Made by a program: the position numbers and the translations under genes
In this document: positions 12,932 to 24,307 of the stretch, in pieces
How the letters are laid out: every line of letters begins with the position of its first letter
Numbering within the stretch: the first letter of the stretch is position 1
The notes under the pieces: model-generated
Seen by the model: the letters and a program-made list of their open reading frames with translations, nothing else
Told to the model about the DNA's origin: nothing
Databases searched by the model: none
Assembly (NCBI GenBank): GCA_043228905.1
Contig: JBHGNT010000009.1
Location: 12,710,001-12,774,000 of the forward strand
Length of the DNA stretch: 64,000 bases
Direction of reading: 5' to 3'
Source: Azolla caroliniana
Taxonomy: Eukaryota > Plantae > Polypodiophyta

Positions 12932-14799
12932 CCCAAGATGCGAAGTTGTTTCGATCCAACTTCTCGGTAGGGAGAGCACTCCCCATTTGAGTATTCATTA
13001 TGTCGATTCTTCTTCTTCTTCTTCTTCTCTCTTCGAATGCGAGCTATGTAGCGAAGCTACGATAGCGATGAGCCGGTTCTTAGTCGTCGGCGTGGAGCAC
13101 AACACACGATCACGATGAGGCGAATGGGCTAGATCGAGCTACCAAATCGCTCTGATACCATGTAAAGAATCAAGAGATGGATTCTTGCGAAGCGGAATAG
13201 GTGTGAACTGTGTGTGTGTGTGTATGAGATAGATATATAGAGAGAGAGAGACACAGAGTATACGCAAGGTTAAGTATATTAACAAAGGAGAAAGACACGA
13301 CACTATACAAGGTGGGAGGAGGGTGCTTTATGTAGTCACCCTCTCTCTTCATTAACGACAAGACTCATGGAGCATGGGGAATGTGAAAGCTCATAAGTTA
13401 TGTGTCATAGAATATGATTCTATGACTCATACTAAATGCTAGAATACAAAGAGGTGACATAATGGTGACTCTTGACCGTTGGAGTGTCTATTCACTCTCA
13501 AGGTGAGTTCACACACTAGACCAAGTTGAGCTTGATTCTCAACAGAAAGCATTGAAGCAATAAAAGATGAACTGTCGGATGATTTCATATCCTTGGCTGA
13601 TGAGCAGAGGGTGACGGTATGCCAGTTGGTGGCACAGCTGGATGATGACCAGTTGGACAACCAACTCCGTTTCGAGAAGTACGAACGGGAACGACAACGG
13701 CAAGAAGTGGCCAAGAAAACTACGGCGATTAGCATCATCGATGAGGAGCCATCTTCAGAACAAATGCCGGTTAAAGCCAGGGGAAGCCAACCAGATAGTA
13801 CTCAGGAGGAGCCGCTAGAGGAGGCTCATTTGCAGGAACCGGTGCACGCTGGACAACAGAACCAGGAGACGCGAAGGCCGGTTGAGCCTGAAAAGGAGGA
13901 AGAGCCTGTAAGACTAGTCGAGTCGGAAATGGAGACAGAGCTGGTCAGACAGACGAAGCCGCAAGCAACAAACGTCAACCAGCAGCAGCCATAGTCGGAG
14001 CCAGAGCGGAGAGAAGAGCAGCCACATCCGCAGGAACAATAGGAGGAGGAACAACAACATCAGCAGACGACAGAACAACTTCCCGAGGAACCATTGGAAC
14101 CCTTAGATCAAAGCATTCTGGACATTTTGGAGAATGAATGAAGGCCGGATTGTGGGATTCGACATACAAGGTACTGTCCCATGGGCGTGCCATGTGTTAA
14201 CCGGCCGGCAAGGGAAGTCTAGAATGGGGAAAGGGGGCTAATTAATAACCGGGAGCTGATTAGTTATAATGTTATAATATAGAATTATTATGATTTTGAG
14301 AAGCGAATGGACGGACCCGGAGTTGGTATGCTGATCCGGATCCGGACCGGTTCGTAGCCGGTTGCCAGTTGGCACCAGTTTGTACCTAAAGCCGGAGACC
14401 TATAAAAAGGGCCCGATTAGATTGTAATCATTAGCGGATAATTAATAGAGTGTTGTTGTTCTATATCTTAATTATTGTTAATTACCGTTCTGTGTTAAGT
14501 GTAATTTATCCTACGCGTGTATTGTGACTAATGATATTGCCGCTTAGTAACCAATTAGGGTTCCATTAATAGTCGATCTAACTCTATCTCACCGCAACAC
14601 AACAAATGACGGTACTTCTCTAGAAGTTGAACTATGGATTCCTCTTTAGTGGTGCTGGAAGGTCTTACTGATATTGTGAATGCAAACATTAATTCCTTGC
14701 CTCCTTCTTCGCAATTGATGTAGTTAAATGGTTGAAACCTTATGAGCAGCTTCTCGAGGTTGTCGATACTGGATTTCTCTTGTTCTCCAATTTATGTCC

Positions 14800-15087
14800 T
14801 TAGTGAGGTCTTTTATACAATGTACATACAATGTGCTCAGTGAGGTTGTTGATGTACATACAATGTGCTCAGTGAGGTCTTTTATACAAGTCTATAAAGG
14901 ACGGTCAAAAGTACTGACAAGTACTTCAATGCTCATAAAGGAGCATCTGACACTAACTCCCAAAAGTATGCCTATCTACTAGACTAAGATCTTAGGCCTC
15001 TAACAACCTATTGACTCTCAGATCCGATCCGGTCCTGGCTGATTAGTCTTCACCTGATCTGGCCCATGTTGAGCTTGTATCTCAACA
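14800..15087 (-). mobile_element. Copia LTR fragment (family with TGTTGAGA terminus)
   Basis: Ends ...TCTCAACA like the LTRs at 1418, 28265 and 42664, and is similar to 45890-46055. It abuts the DNGGEY integrase codons of the next fragment. Confidence 0.65.
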
Positions 15088-15900
15088 ACAATGGTGGCGA
15101 GTACAGAGGACAAATCGAAGAGTATTGCAAGTCCCAAGGTATTCGACTCGAATATACAATGCCTAATACCCCTAAGCAAAATCGGCTTGTAGAGAGGATG
15201 AATTGAAATATCATGGAAAGAGTGAGGAGCATGTTGTCGCATGCAAAGTTGCGAAATCGTATTGGGCTGAGGCAATGCAAACGACTGTTTATCTAATCAA
15301 TAGGTCTCTCTCAATGCCCTTGAAAGGTGATGTCCCACAGAGGGCGTGGACAAGTAAAGATGTCTCCTATAAACACTTAAAGGTGTTTGAATGTCTAGCA
15401 TATATGCATGTAGCAAAGGATTAGAGGACGAAGCTCGACAACAAGTCGAAACCATGCATATTCTTGGGGTACTCAGAGGATGAATTCGGCTATAGGCTGT
15501 GAGACTTACTCGACAAGAAGGTGGTGAGGAGTCAAGACATAATGTTTATGGAAGATAAGACGATCGAAGGCTGGAAACAGTAGAAGTCGGAACCAGCTTC
15601 CCAATCGACTCCCACTACTATCGACACAAGACTAGTCAAGTCTACACAATGGGTTGTTAGGAGATAGTTGGTGGACATAGCCGAATCCGAGTTGGTCAAC
15701 TCAGAGCAACCGACAAATACAGATGAGTCGGACTCGACTGACCTTCTGAGATCAATTGCGGCATACGAGGCGGAGTCGGAGTCAGTCGATTTTCAACAAC
15801 CAATTGTCATGTATGAACCCGAGCCGAATGAAGAGTCGGCAGAGACATCCGAAGCTGAGCCGACAATGGGAGGTGGAAGATATCGAGTGAGGCAAAGGAG
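15088..15900 (+). pseudogene. Decayed Copia integrase fragment (same family as 21141-24303)
   Basis: DNGGEY...YWAEAMQTTVYLINRS...LKGDVPQRAW...KLDNKSKPCIFLGYSEDEFGYRL, with stops and frameshifts. Confidence 0.85.
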
Positions 15901-15929
15901 AGACCCTGAAGACGATGAGAGAGAACTCT

Positions 15930-16042
15930 ACGAGGAGCCAAAATTAAAATAGTAGTAATAGTAGTAGTAGTAGTAGTAGTAGTAGAACGAGGAGCCAAAA
16001 TTAAAATAGTAGTAATAGTAGTAATAGTAGTAGTAGTAGTAG
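15930..16042. repeat. Two tandem copies of ACGAGGAGCCAAAATTAAAA+(TAG)n just upstream of eIF3e
   Basis: Directly visible. Confidence 0.9.
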
Positions 16043-16223
16043 AAAAAGGAAGAAGAACGCAGGAGGAGAAGGGAAGAGGAAATTAGGGTTCTCTTTTCCC
16101 ACATCCACACCCACAGCCTCTTCTTCTTCTTCTTCCTTCTTCTTCTTTGTTGCGTACAGACAGACAGATAATAAAGCAAGCAAACAAGCCACCCTTAAAC
16201 CACCATCACCACAGCGACAGAAG

Positions 16224-16256
<33 letters not shown>

Positions 16257-16268
16257 TTAGAGATAATT

Positions 16269-19200
16269 ATGGCGCAGTATGACCTTACTTCCCGAGTTGC
16301 ACCTTTCCTGGATCGCCACCTCGTCTTTCCCCTCTTGGAGTTCCTCCAGGACAAAGCTCTGTACAGTGATGACCAGATCTTGAAGGCAAAGATCGAGCTT
16401 CTTGCGAAGACGAACATGGTCGACTACGCCATGGATATCCACAAGAGTCTCTACCACACAGAAGACGTCCCTGAATGTATGTAAATATATCTATCTATCT
16501 CCCAATGCCCATGCCCCCTTTTCTCTTTCTTTTCCATTCTTATTCCCTTTTTCTTCCTTTCCTCAAATAAACATAAACATAAACATAAACATAAACATAA
16601 ACATAAACATAAACATGAACGAATCGTTGGCAAGTTTTTGTGTTGAAAGGAATTGGATCTAGGTGAAAAGGAATGTAGGAAACAGCCAGCCCAGCCCCTT
16701 TAGGTTAGAATTCTTCTTTTGAAAAAAAGAATCATACAGAGGAAGTCCTTGCAATCCGTAATGAAACAATAAACATAGCGTGGATGTTGTTTGAAGAAGT
16801 TAGCCGTCTAAATAAACATACATTCAATCCTCCAGTAAACATGGAATTCTTTTGTTTTAAAATCAGTTAAAAGAGTGTAGAAGAAACTTGCATCATACCC
16901 AAGAGGTTTTCTTTAGAAAGGAAATGTTCATTCTCTAAAGGGAACGGCAATTTCATCATAATTTTCTATCGCCTTTCAAAACTCCTTGAAATGGTATTTT
17001 TAAAACAACAGAAAATTGTGTTATAAACGAAGAAAATATGCATCGTGTGAATGAATTCCATGTGGATAAGGCATTTGTTATGATTCTTAACAGAAAATTG
17101 CAATACATTTGTTCAAGGAGACCTTAGAGTTTCTCCTGGCCCTTCACCAGTTTTCCTTGTTATATTTTTAAATTCTTGGCCTTTGGACGTTTTTACTTTT
17201 TATTTTAATGCTAATCAGATTCTTTTTTCATCTTTTCTATTGGGTCATGCATACAAATAGCAATGGTTGAAAGGCGTGCTGAGGTTGTGGGGAGGATGAA
17301 AATGCTCGAGGATGCAGCTGCTCCTCTCATCAGCTTTCTTCAAAACCCAGCGCTTGTACAAGAGTTGAAGTCTGACAAGCAATCTAATCTTCTGATGTTG
17401 AATGAACGCTATCAGGTCTATACCAAATCATTGTTTTCTCTGCATTTCTCTTTCTATAACTGCATTCGTTTTTATATGTTGTGTTTTTACATCTTGTAGA
17501 TTGGCCCACATCAGATAGAAGCCCTCTACCAGTTTGCTAAGTTTCAATTTGAATGTGGAAATTATTCTGGAGCTGCCGATTATCTCTATCAGTACAGAAC
17601 ATTGTGCACAAACAGTGAGAGGAGCTTGAGTGCTCTGTGGGGAAAGCTTGGTGCAGAAATTCTGATGCAGAATTGGGATGTTGCGTTGGAAGAATTGAAT
17701 CGTTTGAAAGAAGTCATTGATTCCAAAGTAATAATGTGTCACTCTTCAATGTCGTTATTCATATGTAATATTTGCAAAGAATTAACTCCAATGTATGGCT
17801 GTAGAATTTCTCGTCCCCATTGAGCCAATTGCAAAACAGGACTTGGTTAATGCATTGGAGCTTGTTTGTTTATTTCAACCATGAAAATGGAAGAAATGCA
17901 ATCATCGAGCTGTTTTTCCAGGAGAGGTGATTAATACCTTTAACTTGTGATTATGAAGGATAAGAATTTCTGCTAATTTCTAATCATTTATGTGCTGTCA
18001 TATGCTAGATATCTGAATGCGATTCAGACTAATGCTCATCATCTTTTACGCTATGTCGCCATAGCTGTTATCATCAATAAAAGGCGAAGGAACTCATTGA
18101 AGGATCTTGTGAAAGTCATTCAGCAAGAGCAATATACTTATCGCGATCCAATCACTGAATTTTTGGAGTGTTTGTTTGTCAATTACGACTTTGAGAGAGC
18201 TCAACAGAAATTGTTTGAATGTGAGGAGGTGAGCTCCCATCCTAGTGTCTGCTGTAGTGGGCAACCAATCGCACATGTAAAAACAATCCATTCGTTTTTA
18301 TTGAGCTATTCATAATTTTCATGATGTGTAGGTTATTGCAAATGACTTTTTCTTGGGGAAACAAGCTCAGGAGAGTGGTTTTGTGACTGTACCACTTGGG
18401 GTCGAGTTCTTGGAGAATGCGAGGCTATTCATATTTGAAACCTATTGTCGGATTCATCAATGTATTGATATTCGGTAAGCCTAAGGAAATTGAACCCTCT
18501 TCCGATGTGAATTGAGTAGAGTTAAATATATACATAATGTGGAATGACTTCAGTAACATCGATAATTTTATCCATTTTTTCGCCAACAGTGATGATTTTA
18601 CCTTTTTTTTTCTCTGCATGCTACCATATTGTATCAGCATGCTTGCACAGAAGCTGAATATGGACTACGATGATGCTGAACGATGGATTGTCAACCTTAT
18701 TAGAAATGCTCGTCTTGATGCCATGATTGATTCGAAGATGGGAACTGTTGTGATGGGTACTCAGCATACAAGCGTGTAAGCATAGTCTTGTCTTGTTTTA
18801 ACTGTTGGATTTGTGCAAGTTTTCAAGGTACATTTGGAGTTCGGCCTTGAAATATGGAAACATACTGTATATTTTTTACAAATGTGTCAGCATTGTCTTC
18901 ACTTATTGCACTGTTGAATTTGTTCAAGTTTTCAATGTACATTTGGACTTCTGCCATGAAACATAAAAAATGTATATTAGGTGAAGGGTATATGCATCAT
19001 TCCTCCTTGTCTCTAGTTCTTTCCCATTAGATACTGTTGGTCGAAATCTTGTTACTGAGCTACCATCTGAACTTACGGACTGTAGCTTTCCTGTGTATTA
19101 TGTAGACTACATATTGTAGAAAAGAATTTGTTTTGGCCTTCATGTCAATAGTAATATCTTTAGTAAACAAATTATGAAGTCGGTTGTAACATGCCGTCCA

Positions 19201-19527
19201 TTTGTATTCAAATTTCATTTCATCTATAGCCACCTATGGAATGCCATTTTTTTTCTATGGTCAAGGTAGCATATTTATTAGCTGGTCTTAGACTTGCCTC
19301 AGGCATGTATTGTAATTTTGCTATTGAAATCTTTATTTGTGAAGATTGTAGATTCTGACGACATAGAGTATTTACTGGTTTTCTCAGAACATATGTTTTG
19401 ATGATGTGGCATTTTATGCAGGTATGAGCAAATCATCGAGACAACAAAGCAGTTATCCGTCCGGAGCTATATGCTGGCTAATGGTGTAGTCGCAGCTGCT
19501 TCGGCTACTCAAGGCTATGCTCGATGA
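16269..19527 (+). CDS. eIF3e: Eukaryotic translation initiation factor 3 subunit E (PCI domain). Exons 16269-16476, 17261-17415, 17500-17727, 17805-17926, 18009-18228, 18332-18474, 18638-18775, 19422-19527 (1320 nt, 439 aa).
   Basis: Diagnostic [61 protein letters not shown] and [13 protein letters not shown] motifs. All introns are GT-AG with consistent phases. Confidence 0.97.
16568..16616. repeat. (AAACAT)n microsatellite in eIF3e intron 1
   Basis: Directly visible. Confidence 0.95.
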
Positions 19528-21140
19528 TACAGAACATTTATAATCTTCGAGCAATGGGAAAAAGAGATTTCCACAGTTTGGAGTCATGAGCGACTTTGTT
19601 TGGCAGGGTAGTGGGGTTTTATTTTTAAAGTAAGATCATAATACTCTTCTAGTTTAGATGTTCACAGCAGAGATTCTTAAGAATCCAGTAATTTGTTTTT
19701 GAAGGATTGTTTTTGCAGAGATTCCCAAGAATTGCTTTTTATATCATTTGTGTATGTATAGAAGCTGATCAATGTAATTATGATTGGGCCTTTATAATTA
19801 GTGTAAGTCTTAAAACCATTGCATCACGCCTATATATTGAGGATGATGTAACATCATAAAGGTTGATCTAACATCAGCCTTGCTTTTAGACTGCATGCAT
19901 TATATACATGGAGGCAGGTTATAAGGTTGGGGCTAGCGAATCCAAATCATGGTCTTGCCTAACACCACATTCAACATACTAATAAAAGAAAGGAAGAAAG
20001 TTTAATCTCACGTCTCACCTATCTATTGAGGATGCTCATGCACTACTGGTGACAAAGTGGAGAAAGGTAAATTTAACATCATTCATGCCAGGGTGACTTC
20101 AACATATTCTTTTTTCACAATGCAGTGAAAAAACCATAAATTTGCAGGGTCATGGTGTGCTACAAAGGATTGTTAGGGAAGACCATGAACTGGATTAGCT
20201 TTACTAGTGTTGGGAAAATTCCACATTGTGGCTAGGGTTGAACTTCTCCTGGCTAATGGTGGGGGACAGCCGGAAGTGATTCTGGCAAGATTTTGAAAAA
20301 TCTGGAATCTAGCCAGTTCATAGTTTTTGAACTGGCTTATAGTGATTATATCCCATGTGTTATTTTCCATCTCTGCTTGGATCCCTTTCTCTTTTTCATC
20401 TCTTCTTGAATCCCTTTTCTCGAGTTGTTTTTCCTTCATAATCCCTCTCTTTTCTTGCATTGTGAATCTCTTCTCCTGAGTCTTATCAGCTATGTCGATG
20501 ATTGCTTGTGCTTCAGACTTGATCTCTTGTACTTCTTGTTTCTACAACTGCATTTGCTTCTGCTTCTGCTTCAGACTTGATGGTTGCTATGCTCGCCTTA
20601 ACTTCAAGCAAGCATTTTCATCAGCAACTAATACCTTAGCAACAGCATTGCAAATGTGCATTGTATGTTCTCTTTACAAGTGTATATTCTAATATTGTGT
20701 TAAATTTGATAACGGATTGGATTTGCTGATGAAATTAAAAAAGGTTAGGAATTTTTAGGATTGTATGTGTGGAGGATAGGGGTGGGATTAGGGGATATGC
20801 ATAATTAGGGTATTTGGTGAAAGATGTGTAATAGTTTTTGACTTACCCAACTGGCAACACCCTCTAAGATAGCACATCATTGGTGGCAATTGTCCGCAAT
20901 GGTTCCCTTCACATCAAGAAAGTAGCATCCTATAAACAAATGTGTCACACCTTTGTTAAAACATGTTTGGAAATGTTCTTTTATACAAATGTTGATGTGG
21001 TTTCTCCAGCTCACCCTTTTGAAAGGACACTCATAGGTATTAATGAAGACAATGGAATGTTGAAATTAAGATAGTCTGGAGATAGGTCACTTTTAGTTGG
21101 AACGTAGTCGTGTTGATAGGTTATGAACTGAGGTGCTGCC

Positions 21141-24100
21141 AATGAAGATTGGAATGATTGACTCTTCCCCATTAAGAGTGAAGGGGGAGTTTGTTAGGAA
21201 TATGTCCCTCCCCTATGGGAGAAGTCGATAATTGGTGTTTGTGAGAGAAGTCGACAGTCGAACATTGGATGGCCGGTTGGATCCACCAGTGGGTCAACTA
21301 TAATGAAGATTGGAATGACCAGCTATTTCCCATTAGGAGTGAAGGGGGAGTTTGTTAGGAATATGTCCCTCGCCTATGGGAGAAGTCGACAATCGGTGTT
21401 TGTGAGAGAAGTCGGCAGTCGAACAGAGACAAGTCGAACACTGGATGGCCGGTCGGATTGACCAATGGGTCAACAGGGTTGTCGACTACTTTGGAGAGAG
21501 CCAACTACAATAGTAAACTAATCATGGATGCTCTAGGTCAAGGAGAAGGCCGACTAGTTGGGTTGACTAAATAGCCGGCATGGGAGTCGATTAGTCGGGC
21601 CAATTGGAAAATCGACATAGGAGTTGATTAGTCAATTGATTAACTGAGATTAGTAAAACTAATAATAATGAAAGCTATGTTTGTAAATAGCCCATATTGT
21701 GTATGAGTATAAATACACCTAGGGCGAACATAGTGATGTGTGTTCAAAACATAATGAAGAGCTTTTGTATTGAGTGTAATAGAGAGTAAGAGTGAGAGCG
21801 CGTGAGTGAGTGGTGGCACAGTTCAGTGGAACTTGCCTTAAACCCTAAGGGGTATATTCTGAGTTTTACAGAGACTTGTAAATCTTTCTTTTGTACTCTT
21901 GTTCATAGTGGAATATTTGTTCCTGTGGTTTTCCCCTATTTAGGGTTTCCACATAAAATTGTGCACAGTGTATTTTCCTTACTTCTGTTTACCGTGTGAA
22001 TATTTCAACACATCTTTCTTGTTTACCTACGATTCTATCTCATCAAACTGGTATCAGAGCTTGAGGTACAGAAATGGAAGGAGGTGTGAGCGGCTTCCTT
22101 GGCATGATAGTCCTAAACTCACATAACTACTTCGATTGGAAGATCAAAATGGAAGATTTTCTTATTGTCAAAGATTTGTACGAGCCCATTGACAGAGAAG
22201 AAATACCCACAAAGGTATTAGAGTCTGAATGGAATCTCTTGAACAGGAAGGCAATGGCCACCATCCGACAATGCGCAATTGTGAGTGTCCTTCATCATGT
22301 GGCTAACGACACAAATGCCTACAAGATGTGGCAGAAGTTGTTAGGGTTGTACGAGAGGAAAAATACCCTCAACAAGACATTTTTGATGTGAAAGATAGTA
22401 AGGTTGGAGTACAAAGACGACGAAAGCATAGTAGTACACATCAACACATTCATGGGGCTAGTAAATCAACTTGTGGCAGTCAAGTTCCCCCTTGATGATG
22501 TTATGCAGGCCCTATTGAGACATTTTTGATGTGAAAGATAGTAAGGTTGGAGTACAAAGACGACGAAAGCATAGTAGTACACATCAACACATTCATGGGG
22601 CTAGCAAATCAACTTGTGGCAGTCAAGTTCCCCCTTGATGATGCTATGCAAGCCCTGTTGCTATTGTGTACCCTATCAGACAATTGGGAGAACTTGGTGG
22701 AGACTCTAAGCACCTCGTGTTAGGAAGAGAACTTGTCTCTATAAGTGGTAAAGACAAGCATATTGAATGAGGAGACGAGAAGGAAGGACAAGGGTGTCCT
22801 GTCATAGTTAGATGCAAATATGTTGCAACATTTGGGCAGAGGAAGAAGCAAACAGAGGAGTCCATAGAGAAGAGACAAGTCTCATGCGAGATCGTTCAGG
22901 GGTAAGGTTACATGCTTTTATTGTGAAAAACCTAGACACTTCTAGAAGGACTATCGACACCTTACGAAGGACAAAGGTGTCTCAAATGATGTCGAATCTA
23001 GAAAGATTTTTGAGGAAGAGAAGGGCACTTCAGTCATCACTACGAGCGAAGAGGAACTTCTGTTCATTTGTGTACAAGCAAGTGCAAATGTTGCAAATGA
23101 AGAGTGCACCTAGGTGATTGACTCCGGCACATCGTTCCACATAACTCCTTTGAGAGAGTGGTTCACGTCTTACACAATTGGTGATTAGGGCTATGTGAAC
23201 CTAGAAAGATTTCTGAGGAGAATGGCACTTCAGCCGTCGCTACATCGAAGAGGAACTTTTGTTCATTTGTGAGCAAGCAAGTGCAAATCTTGCAAATGAA
23301 GAGTGCACCTGGTGATTGACTCCAGTGCATTGTTCCACATAACTCCTTCGAGAGAGTGGTTCTTGTCTTACATAACCGGTGACTATGGCTATGTGAAGGT
23401 AGGAGATAATGGAGAACGCATGATAGCCGGCATAGGAAGTGTGTGCCTAACAACGTCAACTGGTTGTCAACTGACCCTAAGGGATGTTCGACATGTCTCC
23501 GATATCAGACTAAATCTAATAGCTTTCGAAATGGCAATGGAAGTTCTGTCGGGGGAACCTCATAGTGGCTTGGTCCAAAAACCTTCAGGTGTTGGTAGGA
23601 GACATCTTTACCTGTCCAAACCCTTTGTGGAACATCACCCTTCAGGAGGACTGAGGGAGACCAGTTGATCAGATAAAAAACCATGTACATCACCTCAATC
23701 CAATACGATTTTGGCAGCTTTGCATGCGGTAGCATGCTCCTCACTCTTTCCATGATAGTTCGATTCATCCTCTTTGCAAGCCCATTTAACCCAGGGGTCT
23801 TTGGCACTGTGTATTCAAGTCGGATACCTTGGGTCTTGCAGTACTCTTCAAACTGTCCTCTATACTCTCCACCATTGTCGGTTCGAACTGACTTCAGCCT
23901 TCGGCCCGACCCTCTTTTAGCTCTGGCCTAGAACTCTTTGAAGAACGACAGTACTTGGTCTTTCGACTTTAGTACGAAAGCCCACAACTTTTGGCTATAG
24001 TCGTCAATGAACTTTACAAAGTACTATCCACCATGATGCGACAGAGCATCCACGTAGCACACATCTATGTGTACTAGTTCAAATGTAGCTTCTCTTCGTC

Positions 24101-24303
24101 TTGGTAATCTCGAGTGGAATGCAACTATATTCTGCTTTCTAACCAAGTAGTCAACACATCTATCGAGATGCACTCCTTTTACTTCTGGAAGAAGTTTCTG
24201 GTCGGCCAGGATGTGCATACCTTTTTCATTCTTGTGGCTGAGCCTCTTATGCCATATCACTCCACTCGAGTCGGCAACCACATTTGCTTCATCCTTGCAA
24301 AAC
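21141..24303 (+). mobile_element. Rearranged Copia: pol end and PPT, LTR (21353-22045), tRNA-iMet PBS (22049-22060), gag and protease on +, integrase segment inverted (~23577-24303, -)
   Basis: KIGM..PLRVKGEFVR pol end with AAGGGGGAG; TGGTATCAGAGC; LNSHNYFDWKIKMED gag; VIDSSALFHIT protease; WHKRLSH and NGLAKRMNRTIMERVRSML on the minus strand. Confidence 0.88.
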
Positions 24304-24307
24304 TTCC

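Larger units (their letters stand above)
1019..13544 (-). mobile_element. Full-length Ty1/Copia LTR retrotransposon with a nested Gypsy
   Basis: LTRs at 1019-1418 and 13161-13544 with TG...CA ends. 5-bp TSD GAAAG at 1014-1018 and 13545-13549. PBS TGGTATCAGAGC (tRNA-iMet) at 13149-13160 (-). PPT-like CTTGAGGGGGCA next to 1419. Domain order gag-PR-INT-RT-RH. Confidence 0.97.
1..14604 (+). mobile_element. 3' part of an Athila/Tat-like Gypsy LTR retrotransposon (decayed coiled-coil extra ORF plus 3' LTR 14195-14604), interrupted by a Copia at 1019-13544
   Basis: The E/K/Q-rich frame runs through the insertion site (DKES|IEAIKDEL once the GAAAG TSD is collapsed). LTR TGTTAACC...CAACA is co-oriented with and clearly similar to the LTR at 50892-51354 (GACGGACC, CCGGAGACCTATA, GCGGATAATTAATA, TACGCGTGT blocks). 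Confidence 0.75.

Noticed and set aside
1019-13544. Nested Gypsy LTRs appear more diverged (~9 changes) than host Copia LTRs (~5 outside microsatellites)
   Set aside because: The counts are too small to be a real dating paradox.
16080-16092. Telo-box in the eIF3e promoter
   Set aside because: ATTAGGGTTC is one base off the TAGGGTTT consensus; plausible but not supportable.
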